In this document: positions 36,178-47,890 of the stretch, in pieces
How the letters are laid out: each line of letters begins with the position of its first letter
Position numbering within the stretch: position 1 is the stretch's first letter
Assembly (NCBI RefSeq): GCF_018977255.1
Contig: NW_024704743.1
Span: forward strand, 9,426,001-9,490,000
Direction: 5' to 3'
Length of the DNA stretch: 64,000 bases
Source: Callorhinchus milii
Taxonomy: Eukaryota
Made by a program: the position numbers and the translations under genes
The notes under the pieces: generated by a model
Database searches by the model: none
Seen by the model: only the letters and a program-made list of their open reading frames with translations
What the model was told of the DNA's origin: nothing

Positions 36178-36999
36178 AGTCACCTGGAGGGTACCCCAAG
36201 GCTCCATCCTTGGCTCCTTTCTTTTCCTCATTTACATGCTCCCTCTCAGGGATGTCATCCGTAGATATGGAGTTAAGTTCCACATGTATGCAGATGACAC
36301 CCAAATCTACTTCTCCTCCTCCAACTGACTTTTCTACCCCACATCGTTCCCTGACCAGAACCGCTTTTTCCACCTCCTCCGCATTGCCTGCCTCTGTCCG
36401 TCCGTACCTCACAACCGAAGCAGCTGAAACCCTTGTCCATGCCTTCATCACTTCCCAGCTGGACTATTCCTTTGCCCTCTTCGCTGGTCTTCCCAGCTCC
36501 ACTATACACAAAATCCAGTTAATTCAAAACTCCAACATCAAGATACTCACCCACACAAAACTCTGCACCCCCATCACACCAATCCTAGCCAGGCTCCACT
36601 GGCTCCAAATCACCAAACGGATCAGTTTCAAGAACTTCTCACTTGGTTTCAAATCCCTTCATGCCCTTGCAGCTCCCTATCTATCAGACCCACTTATCCC
36701 CCAATCCACCACCCGCCTCCTCCGCTCAGCTGGCTCCTACTTCCTGTTTGTTTGTCCCTCATGCTCTCTGTTCCACCATTAGTGGCTGTGCCTTCAGCCA
36801 CAATGCCCTGAAACTCTAGAACTCTCTCCCTCCGACTTGCCACGTTCAATTCCCACCAAAATACTTTCTTTTTTGATCGTACTTACCGTCACCTCCCCGC
36901 TTCCCGTCCCTCTTCCCCGGCTCGTTGTCAGACTCCACCACTGTGAGTACTCCGGGACACTACCCCACGTGAAGGGTGCTATATAAAAGTTGTTGTTGG
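36178..36999 (+). mobile_element. L2 LINE fragment with RT core, internally deleted
   Basis: Encodes GVPQGSILG...IYMLPL...[11 protein letters not shown], then AAETLVHAFITSQLDY...LHWLQ; ends in an L2 tail with (TTG)n. Confidence 0.9.
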
Positions 37000-37227
37000 A
37001 AGAATTTGGAATTCTAATTCCATCTTGAATTTGCTGACAACCCACAGAAACAACAGGAGGGTTATATTAGCAAATTCTGGAGGAATTAGATCACGATCAT
37101 TTTTTTAAAATGTTCTACTTTACAACTTGATTGTCTAATTGTTCTTTCTGCCCACAATGTTCTCATGCAATTGAGATAATTAAATGAATGAATAAGGCAG
37201 AAACCCAATATTTAGAACATTTAAATG

Positions 37228-37641
37228 TTATTAATAATTATCATATTTTGGTATAGCACCTTATCACATCATCAAGGTTTCTCAAAGAGCTTCACAGGAA
37301 TTTTACTGTAATTTTACTGATTGAGTATTTGTAGACAAATATGGCAGCCAATTTGCACACATCAATGTCTCAATTTTATCTTGGGTATTGTTGTCCAGGG
37401 TGCGGGGAAAAACATTAACTTTTCGAATAGCACAATGGGATGTTTAAAATCCATCTGAACTGACAGACATGGGCGTTGGCTTAATTGTCTCATTTGAAGG
37501 ACAGCACCTCCAATAAAGTCCCACTGCAAACATGGCACTGGGGTGTCAGCCTCACTTCTGCGATCAAAGTGCTGATATGGGGCTTGAACCCACATCCTTT
37601 TGACTCAGCAGGAAGAGTGCTACCAACTGAACCAGGCTAAC
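37228..37641 (-). mobile_element. Deu-domain SINE (family B), full length
   Basis: Reverse-complement head agcctggttcagttggtagcactc...tgggttcaagcccc, Deu core, shared tail. Confidence 0.85.
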
Positions 37642-38214
37642 ACCAAGCCTGAATTATCCTTTTTAATTAACCCAAAAGTAAACCTTAACGAGTTTATCGG
37701 TGAAAAGAATAAATCTTAAATAAAACATCTACACCTCCCAAAGTTTGCAGATTATTGCCCAGATTTACCAGCTGGATTTGCCGAAGTGAACTGGGAAGAC
37801 TTCCACAGGTGGGTCACTGTCTGTGGTTTCTCACCTCCAGGATAAATAGCTCTCAAGATTCACTCCAATCTCATTTGGGCTTCTAATATGACAAGTGCAA
37901 TCTAACCACACCCAACACAATTGCATTATTGTTCTATTATTGTTCTATTACAAATACGGCCACTTTCGTAACAGCAAAAACGTCTGAACACTATTTGGCA
38001 TTTGCAAATAGAGGTGACCAGAGGGGCTCAAAAAAAACCTCAACTTTGAAGAGGAACTGACCAATTTGGGTTCCGATCGCAAGTTCGGGTCTGTGCAACA
38101 TTCCTCAAATGAGAGGATGGGCAGGCAGACAGGGTTCACAGGAACTTTGCAATGTCACTAACTGGCCACAAGGAGACAAAAAATTGTAAAAATCAAACAT
38201 CAGCAGCCGTTCAA

Positions 38215-38675
38215 TGAACAACAACTTGCATTTATAGAGCGCATCTCACGCAGGATAGCATCCTAGAGTGCTTGACAGTGGCAGAGCAGACGCCAAGCCA
38301 GGGAGAGGTGACCGTAGGCATGGTTGAACAGGAAGGTCTTCAGACATGACCCTGAAGATGGGGAAGGAAAGGGCAAGCCGGAGGGATAGAGGAAGAGTGT
38401 TCCAGAGTTTTGGGGCGTAGTGGCTGAAAGCGCAGCCACCAATCGGGAAACAGAGGGCACGAGGTACATGAAGAAGGCTGGAGCCAGTTGACAGGAGGCA
38501 GCGGGGTTGTGGGGTAAGTAGGTCGGAGACGTAGAGAGGTGCCAGGGCATGAAGGGATTTGAAAACAAGTGTGAGGATCTTGAAATCGATCTGTTCAGCG
38601 ATAGGGAGCCAGTGGAGCCTGGTTAGAACTGGTGTAATGGTACAGAGTTTAATGGGGATGAGTATGCGGGCAGCA
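38215..38675 (-). mobile_element. L2 LINE 3' fragment (same subfamily as 5801-6052)
   Basis: Shares ggtgccagggcatgaagggatttgaaaac...gtgaggatcttgaaatc and the tail with the copy at 5801. Confidence 0.85.
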
Positions 38676-38739
38676 CCAATGTGGGAAAGGAAGGACAGCT
38701 ATGGGTCAAACCTGACCCACAGGTTCTGTACTTTAGACA

Positions 38740-38930
38740 GATCTCCTGTGGGTTCCACATCAGGACTTTAAGCTCACATAGTCTTGGCCAACACACGAGT
38801 GCAGTACTGGAGATGCACTGCATTGTCGGAGGTATGAAACATTAAACTGAGGTCCCATCTGCCTCTTCTGGTGGATGTGAAAATCCCATGGCCCCCATTC
38901 ACTACCTGTGGTCCGATATCCTGCCACCAT
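38740..38930 (+). mobile_element. Deu-domain SINE fragment
   Basis: gcattgtcggagg...ttaaactgaggtcccatctgcc...gtggatgtgaaaatcccatggc. Confidence 0.7.
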
Positions 38931-39499
38931 TTACTGACACGTACAATGCCCACTTGAGTGAAGTTCTGGAGATCGATCCACAGCAAGGGAGATGCCACAG
39001 AGGAACAGCATTAAATCGTTAAACAGACCAAGGCTGCATTTCACCATCTCCATGCCCACAATGCAGAGAGTTTTTTGGACACCTTTAAGAAATTACATTC
39101 CAGTGAAGAACAGAATAAAGCAGACAGAACAGCATTCCCTCTGGAACTATATACAATCATTTACTGCATCTAAATTGATTGTAACAGCTGCTGGAAAACC
39201 TGAAATACTAAACTCAGTTCTGTCAGACAATAACACCCAGTTCACTTTCAAACAACAAATAAACCCTGTCGAAAGAGGTGAAATCATTTAGAAGCAACTT
39301 TAAATATTTTAAAAAACTTCAAAAGTAATAGCAAATAAAGATGAGGTTTCAGAATAACTGCATGCAGACACAGTTACTATTTTTGGCACATCCAAGCATA
39401 AAATACCAGATTTATCCCAGGAGGCTACTAAAACGACAATGTGCATCTGAAAGCTTGTTTTATTAGGAACTCAACTTTCTTAAGGCACAAACCTTGCAA

Positions 39500-39915
39500 A
39501 GTCATAGAAAGTTGCAGCACAGAAGGAGACCATTCAGTTCATTGAGTCTGCACTTGCTCACAGCACAAGCTGTTCATTTAATCCCACTGCTCTGCCTTAG
39601 CCCTATACCCAATCAGGCATCTATGTTCCATATACAGTACCTGTCTACTTCCCTCTTAATACCCACAATGAACTCTGCATCATCTATTTAATTTGGTATG
39701 GCATTCATCATCCCAACACCTATCCGAGTAAAAACAATTCTTCTAAATTCTCCTATTGCTCTTCTTGGGACCATCTTATAACCACAGCCTCCTGTCACTC
39801 AATCCACGACTCAATCCATGACCAAGTCCCCTACCAGTGGAAATAGATTCATCTTATTTTACCTGGTCAAAACCCCTCATAATTGTGTACACCTCTACCC
39901 TTTTAACCATCTCTG
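39500..39915 (-). mobile_element. CR1 LINE 3' fragment
   Basis: catagaaagttgcagcacagaaggagaccattcag terminus plus decayed ORF2 end. Confidence 0.7.
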
Positions 39916-40273
39916 CTCAGCTAAACTTTCTGCTGTGACATAACTGCATGAAAACACTCAACGTTTCAGAAAGTTTACTGAGGCTATACAAGTTTTTTTT
40001 AATTATAGCAAAGCCAATGTTAATATGGTGAGAAAACAAATGGCCAATCGTTAGACAGTTACCTTTGAGTCAATGATGGGAACACAGACTATGTTGCATT
40101 ATCTCAAACATCTTGCTTTAAGTTATTATGGCACAGGGTGTGGTGTCTGAATCCAACCAACACCACCATTTCAGAAAACGTCCCATTCTGCTTCCATATT
40201 TGCTGTAGGCATTCTTGTGGTTACAAACCGTTCACACCCAGCTTACACAACTGGTATCCTGAAGCCTCTTTAA

Positions 40274-40420
40274 CCCCCTCTCTTGAGATGATATTCACGA
40301 AAATCTGAAGCATAGGATTAAGCATGAGCCATATAATACTTATTATATTATATGGTATTATATGGCTCATGCTTAATCCTATGCTTCAGATTTTCGTGAA
40401 TATCATCCCAAGAGAGGGGG
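40274..40420. mobile_element. TTAA-flanked palindromic MITE (piggyBac-like)
   Basis: TTAA (40270-73) | CCCCCTCTC...GAGAGGGGG | TTAA (40421-24); 66-bp inverted arms with one mismatch and a 15-nt AT-rich loop. Confidence 0.75.
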
Positions 40421-40554
40421 TTAAACAGGGTCTCTATGTAGGTCCCCACCCAACCCAACCCTGGAGGTCACCATCCAACCTGATCATGCCTATCACATCC
40501 TCCTGCATAAATTGCATAAACTTGGTCTGTATTCACTTGAGTTTAGAAAGTTGT

Positions 40555-40925
40555 GATGTGATCTAATTCAGGTTAAAATAATAAAGGGATTTGATAAGGT
40601 AGCTACGGAGAAACTGTTTCCTCTGGTGGGGAAATCCAGAACAAGGCGGCATAATCTTAAAATTAGAGCTAAGCCATTCAGGAGTGAAATCAGGAAGCAG
40701 TTTTTCACCCAAGGGTTGTGAAAATCTGGAACTCTCAAAAGACTGTGATGCTGGATCCAGTTACATTTTCAAGATTGAGGTGGATAGATATTTGTTTGGT
40801 CTGGGTATAAAGGAGATAGGGGGGAAAGGTGGGGTAATTGGAGTTGAGGTACAGATCGGCCTTGATTTTATAGAATGGCGGAACAGGCTCGACGGGCTGA
40901 GTGGCCTGCTCCTGTTCCTATGTTA
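40555..40925 (+). mobile_element. CR1 LINE 3' end
   Basis: aaaataataaagggatttgataaggtag...gaaactgtttcctctggtgggg...agaacaaggcggcataatcttaaaattagagc ORF2 end, plus a 3' UTR like the copy at 18627. Confidence 0.9.
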
Positions 40926-42526
40926 TTCTGTGAAGCACTTTGAGATGTCTCGAAGGCAAGATAAGGCGCTACATCAAATGCAAGGATTATTATTATTATT
41001 ACTATCTTCCTAGGACTGCAGGTAATCTGGTTGCCTCTGCCAATGAAAAGAGCACATGTGACTGAAAAGCAAAGACAAAATTAGCTTGCAAGCATGAACC
41101 CACTCAACTGTAGAGTTGACAGGTGAAAGAACATGTCCTTTGCTATTTTATTTTGATAGATATATATATATACACACACACAGGAGAAACCCAGATACGG
41201 TTAGAGAGCATCAGCAGGAGCCCTTTAGTTACAGAATGCTCCCATTTTAATGAGTTGCCTGGGTGGCGGAGGAGGAAAGAGCTTTGGGCTTTTGAAAGGA
41301 CGGTACTTTAATAATTAAAGACAAGCAGGCTGTTCGTAAAGAAACTAAAACATAAACTGACCCACAACTAAATTAGAGGCAGGGCTGGAGATTTCACAAC
41401 CTTGATCACAGACTCACTAATATAATTGGTTGTTGACTTCATGGCTGTTTGCTTTGTACAAACCTGTCACTGCATTCATCTCCAAATACACAGTCACTAC
41501 ACCTCAGAGTAAAATCCTGTGAAGCAACATGAAACAATTTTGATGGCGGGTTAAGGCGCTAAATCAAATGCATGGATTATTATTATTGTCGGTGATTCTG
41601 ATGCCTCCACAAGAGGGAGCACTGTGCAAGTAAACTGCAGTTAGAGGACAAGCAGGAGCAGTTTCTCAAACAGAACTGGAGCCAATCTTTCACTCTCACG
41701 AGAGGATCGGATGAAGAAGGCCCTTCAGCCCATTTTATCTCATCCTTCTAGAACACCCACCATCCCACTTTTCGAAAAATTACTATTATACGTTTTGACG
41801 AAAGCTTTGACTCGTATAACAAGCCTGGTTTAGTAAACACGTGGCAGGTACCTCCTCACTTGCTCCTATCCTCATGACCTGTCATCCACAATCCCTCTCC
41901 CCGCCCCACCACGTAAACATATTCTTGCAGCGCACACTTCAGGTTAAAGTTAAACAATGCTAGCCTTCAAAATATACAGTAACCATTTACAGCAGATCCT
42001 GTGTAATATCAAATGCAACGATTATTATAATAAAATTTCTGTCACATAGAGTGAAGTACTTTGAACCATTTTGATGTGATAAGGTGCTACATCGAATCAA
42101 GGATGACTGTTGATCACTCTCCCCCTAGTAATTCCAGGAACATTCTTGTGCTCCACCAAGTGGGACAGACGGGTCAGTGCAATAAATTAGCCCTCATTTG
42201 TGTAAGACTTTCAGCATTGGCCGCTGCTTTACTGTGAAGGGGGGGTGGGGGGTTAGAGAATAATAATAATAATCTTTGCATTTTATATGAAATAATAAGA
42301 ATGACTGAAATAACTGCACAGTGCAAATACTCTGCAACGCACCTTTAAAACCACCTTAACTCGATCCCTCTCCCTGTATTCAAAAATCACCCTACAAAAC
42401 CTATTATTTCAACCATGCCATCAGTCAACATCTTTTAAATTTCCCCAGTCCCTGCTCGGAACTCACCAAAACGTTTCCAACCATTCCACTTCTGTTGAAA
42501 GACATCATTGTAGATGCAAGTTATTA

Positions 42527-42699
42527 CAGTGAAGTTCTGATAACTCGCCCTCAGAATAAGTTATCAACCTCACAAACTAGTCACTCACTCAATATCCTGC
42601 CTACTTGAGTATTTTGTACTCCGAAGATAACGAGTCAACTCTGATAAGTAGTCATTTCAGCTTTATCCCTTAGGGTGACTAGTTATCAGAGTTTCACTG
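42527..42699. mobile_element. Tc1/mariner (pogo/Tigger-like) MITE
   Basis: TA | CAGTGAAGTTCTGATAACT ... AGTTATCAGAGTTTCACTG | TA; TIR matches at 17 of 19 positions; TA target-site duplication. Confidence 0.8.
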
Positions 42700-43565
42700 T
42701 ATTACTACCATTATTAGCTGGAGGATCGTGAAGTGGGGTTACTTGCTATAGTGCTGCTAGGAATGTTTTGAAAATGATACAACCCTTCCTTCTCTTGTCA
42801 AAAACAAAGGGCAGGAAGGGTAGTAGGGTGACCGAAGGCACGGTCAAGAATAAGGTCTTGAGATGTGCCTCGAAGGGGGCAGAGAAGCTGAAGACCCGAC
42901 CGTTGGTGGTGGGGCAAGCCGCAGACGTGGAGCAGTCAAGAATAATCTCCATTGCCATGCGACAGCTGCTCAGTTTGGGTTCCGCCAGTCACACCATTTA
43001 TTTATTAATGACAAAACAAATGCACACAGAATATTCAAGTGCAGCTCTGTACTTCAGGTTCTATAACACTCCACTTCGCAGCGTCGATTCCCTGCGCAGC
43101 AAGTTTCCAATTTATGCTGCCCTGTCAGGGCTCAGGGCAGGTGCTGCTCTGCGGGGAGTGCGGAAGATCAGAGGTTAAGCTTGTGCACCTTGGAGATCAC
43201 TGAGTGATGTGGAGTTGGCAGCAGGTTGGCTCTCTTTACTGTCAGCTGGTGCACAGCGCGTGTCCTGGGGAGAGCAGGCTGACTGCAAAGGGAGGGGGGC
43301 AAAGAAAGAGAATAGAAGTTTCCCTTTGAAATCCTTCTAATGAGGCCTATTACAAACAAACGGGTGTGTTGGGGGGGAGGGCATGAACACATTAATATTC
43401 AAAACATTAGTGCCATTCTCCTCAGAACACAACTCCTGTTCCACAATTCCTATGATAGTTTTAAAAAATGATAACCCTTGCATTTGGTACTGCACCTTAC
43501 ATGTTGGGAGGACATCGCAAAACACTACACAGGATTTACTGTAAAGTGTGGTGACTGAGTAATTT

Positions 43566-43880
43566 GTGGAGTCCTGTAGCTCAGTGGTTAGAGCACTCAC
43601 TTTGCAAGTGAGAGACCTGAGTTCAATTCCAGGCAGAGGGCGAAACCTTGGGCAAGTTTCCTTACTCCACACGCCTAATAATAATCCCTTCAAAAAACAA
43701 AACAATAATAAATTGGTCATTTTCAATCTACGACTGTTTGTGGGACATTGCTGTGCGCAATTGGCTGCCGCGTTCGCCCACAAATATGCAGTCAATTCAC
43801 TTTACAGTGTGTTCTGTGAAGCGCTTTGGGACGTCCTCCCGACGTGAAAAGCGCTATATCAAATGCAAGGATTATTATTG
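43566..43880 (+). mobile_element. tRNA-derived SINE family A (short variant), full length
   Basis: A-box tagctcagtgg, anticodon-like arm ctcac-tttgcaa-gtgag (Ala-TGC-like), B-box gttcaattcc, tail gcgctttgggacgtcctcccgacgtgaaaagcgc...ggattattatt. Confidence 0.92.
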
Positions 43881-44159
43881 TATTTTGATAAGTGGCCAAA
43901 ATTCTTGGGAGAATAGGTGGAAACTAAAGGGAGGAAATCTTTGTAATAAATTACATTCAGAGTGAGTTTTCATCCAAGAAAAGACCAGGAGAAAGCTTGT
44001 GGATGACAATTTTGTCTAGCACTTTCTATATGGCTTTTTGTTTTTAAGAAAAAGGCAAAAAATTAAATAGCTTTGCTGCTGAATAGAATTAAACCGTGAC
44101 TGCACATTTTAATTCTATATTGTAGGGGAATCTTCTGCACTTTTATAATTATTCTCGCC

Positions 44160-44365
44160 TTAATAATAAGCCTTGCATTTGATATAGTGCCTTATCACAT
44201 CGTTGAGACATCTCAAAGCACTTTGTAGAAGACACTGTAAAGTGAATTGACTGTATAGTTTGTGGGCGAAACGTGGCAGCCAATTGCGCACAGCAGTGTC
44301 CCACAAACAGTCGTGGGTTGAGTGACCAAATTATCATTAGTTTATTTATTTTTTGAAGGATGATT
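44160..44365 (-). mobile_element. SINE 3' half (shared family A/B tail)
   Basis: ccttgcatttgatatagtgcc...gcagccaattgcgcacagcagtgtcccacaaacagtcg. Confidence 0.85.
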
Positions 44366-45017
44366 ACTTCATTTGAAATCACACAAGCAAAGCTTCCTTC
44401 AGACTGTCTGTGCCACAAAACTCTACAATAGTCTATGCTGTGGCTTGATGGAAAATGGCCTGTGAATTCCATTCTTCCCCACAAGAGGGAAATTCATGGC
44501 ATAGAATTTTAGATTAAAATTTTCAAGAACGAGATGATAGGCACAGCAAGGAAGGAACTGTAACCATCAGCAATTAACTGAGGTAGGGGAGCAGGGAGAA
44601 GGAATGAGCAAGATGTGGCTCAAGTACATACAAAATAATTATTATGGTAGTTATAGCTCATGACTGATAAAAATAATTATAATAAACCTTACATTTGATA
44701 CCCAGCTTCACACGGCAGGAAATTGTCTCAAAGCACTTCACCATGATTTACTATAAATTGTAATGACTGTGTACTGTGTAGAGGAAGCCAATTTGTGACC
44801 AGTGAAGTGCAAAAATGACATCACCAAAATAATGCAATGGCCAGTATGCAATTATAAACATTACTTCCTGGTTTTGTTTTGTATATCTTTCTCCAACCAT
44901 TCACTGAAGATGGTGAGGATACTGCTCGTGACGGGACCGATAAAATAAAACTTGTCTGAGAGGTGACAAACAACTCCAAATTTTAGACGCAAAAAATTGA
45001 TTTGCAGTTTGCGCAAG

Positions 45018-45174
45018 TTGAACAGAGAGGGACGGCACCTCTGACAATGCAGCATTCCCCCACTCACTGCACTCGAGTGTCAGCCTTGACCGCAAACTCA
45101 AGTTCTGAAGTGGGATTTGAACCCCCAACCACCTGCCTCAGAGGCAAGGGTGCTACCAACCGAGCTAAGCTGAA
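45018..45174 (-). mobile_element. Deu-domain SINE 5' half
   Basis: Reverse-complement head cagcttagctcggttggtagcac...ggttcaaatcccac...gctgacactcgagtgcagtg...gctgcattgtcagaggtgccgtc. Confidence 0.75.
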
Positions 45175-45861
45175 ACTCTAATATTACCATCAGCTTCAAG
45201 GTAGGACGAGGCTTTGAGACGCCATCTGGGGTGAAGGGCACGAGATGAATCCAAGTTGTTGTAGTTAATTGAGAAAAAGTTTCGGCAGAAAGGCATTACT
45301 TTATCCAAATCTCGTTGTTACTTGGAGTCTAGTTAAGGTAGTTGCATATCACCTACTTGGTATCCCTATTGCTGACAGCAGATAAAATACTTTCTGCGCT
45401 AGGAAATATAAATTCCTAGATACCAGAGGTGGTTTGTTGCAAGCGTAATAATGATACAGAAACCTCAAGAGTAAAGCTTGATTTTCCATGGATAAAATCC
45501 AGCAATATGCACATTTCTCAATGTCTATGTGTAACTTAAGGCCTGTCAGAGTGAAAGAGTGCACCAGTCTGATAGAGGCAAGACTGATGTCTCATTTCTT
45601 CATTTCCATACCATACCGTTGATGTTGGGATAATGGGATAACTTTTTTTACGGAGACAGTACCGCAAAGAGCATTCTTCATTGAGTTACAAGCACTCTGA
45701 GCAACATACAGTGTCAAGGGGTTGAGGAAAAGTCACAAATGTCAGGTAATTTGGTTCGTAAAGCGAGGAGGTACAATTCAATTAAACCGACAGTAGAAAA
45801 AATAACCTGATCCATTGCAACAAAATACAGCTTTCAGCCTTTGTATGATTTATAACATATA

Positions 45862-46175
45862 AATGCAGTGCAGTGCTGGGTGTGATGTGCATTGTTGGAG
45901 ATGCCGTCCTTCAGAATAGATATTAAACTGTTCAGGTGGACGTTAAAGATCCCCCGATACTATTTGAAGAGAAGAGAGTTTCTTCCATTGCCCTGGTTAA
46001 CAATTGCCCAAATAAAAATTGTCGTTCTCTTCATGGCTATTTGTTGGCTCTTCATTGCTGTGTGCAAAATTGGCTGCCATCGTTCACCCACAAATGCAGA
46101 CACTATACTTAACAGTAAAATCCCATGAAGCACTGCTGAGATCCGGACAAAGCGATAAGGTGCTATATCAAATGA
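45862..46175 (+). mobile_element. Deu-domain SINE 3' part
   Basis: gcattgttggagatgccgtcc...ctgttcaggtggacgttaaagatccc...tail. Confidence 0.75.
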
Positions 46176-47424
46176 CCTAAAGGTCAGCATTTTTCAATGT
46201 TAGATAAAATCTATTTTTGTTCGCTCTCCTTTCAGAGAGTGAACAAAAATATTGGATCGAATGGGAAAATACAAAGAGGCACAAAGTATCATTCATTTAT
46301 TTTATTATTGGGCTTGTTTAGGCTTTTGTTTTAATTTCAGACTGTACGGAGCACCAAACACAAGGGCAGAACAATCTCCACTTTGAAACGTCTCAAAGAC
46401 ATGAGAAGGCCCTATATCAAATGCAAGGATTATTATTATCATTATTACAATATTGGTAATGTGCGATAGTGTCCAAGCCAAAATCCTTCAGGTAAAAATT
46501 ACCTTTTATTTCATCGCTGTTTGTGGGACATTGCTGTGTGTGAACTGGCTACCGCATTTGCTTGTAAACTAGTCACTTCACTTCAAGGTAAATCCTGTGA
46601 AATGCTTTGAGACATTGAAAATAAGATGATGAAGCATTATATCAAAGGCAAGGATTATTATATTACCTCCAGTGTCCAGAAAAGCACGAAATCACAATAA
46701 AAAGTGCCATCGCAGTGAAGGCCTGAACTGCAATGCAATGAGGCAGGAGAAACACATTATCCCTGCATTGGGATATCTTACCCTGCAGCTTTAGAAACCT
46801 ACTGAGCACATTCCTAAATTAGTCATGTGTGCCCTGGATTAGGTTGCATTACATCTTGAGCAGGCGTTTGCAGTTTACAGATGCCATCAATTGCAATTGG
46901 TGAAATGCTAGAGAAGCAGACTATTGCATGCAAACTTTGCAGTAAGTCCATTTTCAAAAAATTCCTAATGTCACTTGTAGCAAAGACTCAAAATGCAATA
47001 CATGATAATTCTCCAAAAATGCAATTGAAAAGTGTTATTAGCACCTTTAGGAAATAAATTGCTGAGAAGTTTGACACATTGTCGTGTGGGTCGATAATAA
47101 CGATGGAGCCCAGTTATAATGCTGTTGTTGAGAAACAAAAAAACCCCAACAACAACAGCAAACAACACATTGCATTTATATAGCACTTTCCATGTTGGAA
47201 GGATTTCCCAAGGCGCTGACAATCGGACGTCAGCATCTCACCATTCATTGGGGGAAGTGCACAGAAAAGACAAAATATTCCCAGGAGTGGGGGGAATGCC
47301 AAAATAACTAACTTTCAGGGCATCAGATTGTTGCTGCACATTCACAACTTGCAGAAAGCAACACTGACCTGATGAACTGAAAGGCAGCCCGTCATTTCGA
47401 CCTCCCCCACCCGTTTCAATTGAC

Positions 47425-47890
47425 TCCTATCATCCCCACGTGGCTCCACTGGCGCCCCATCCCCAGAGGATAGTTCAAAATCCTCGTCCTCGCCTTCAAG
47501 GCCCTCCAAGGCCTTGCCCCTCCCTACCTCTGTGACCTGCTAACCCCATACCAACCTATGCGCTCCCTCCGCTCAGCAGGCTGCGGCCTCCTCCACATCC
47601 CCCGCCCAGCCCACTCCACCATCAGCAGCCGGGTCTTCAGGCTTTCTGCCCCCACCCTATGGAACTCCATCCCACATTCCCTTCACCTTGCTCCCTCCCT
47701 TACCTCCTTCAAAGCATGTCTCAAAGCCCCCCTCTTCGACCAAACCTTCGGACACCCTCCTACCCTCCCTGCCCTCCACTGATCCCTCCCTGACCCCCAG
47801 CTTGGGTCCAAATCCCTGACTGTCCAGCGCCTTGGGACATCCTCCCAAAGTGAAGGACGCTTTACAAATGTAATTTTGTATTGTATTTGA
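47425..47890 (+). mobile_element. L2 LINE 3' fragment
   Basis: SAPTLWNSIPHSLHLAPSLTSFKACLK (ORF 47558..47782); L2 tail. Confidence 0.9.

Noticed and set aside
43566..43640. tRNA-Ala(TGC)-like gene (also at ~3820-3889 and ~11140-11206)
   Set aside because: It is the head of a SINE: no proper acceptor stem, and it runs directly into the SINE body and tail.
43648..43965. Recurrent ORF motif NWSFSIYDCLW...KRFGTSSRREKRYIKCKDYY (also 10895..11206)
   Set aside because: Chance translation of near-identical SINE copies, not a protein family.
47365..47400. ctgatga...gaaa...gtc resembling a hammerhead core
   Set aside because: Only 3 nt between CTGATGA and GAAA, so stem II cannot form.
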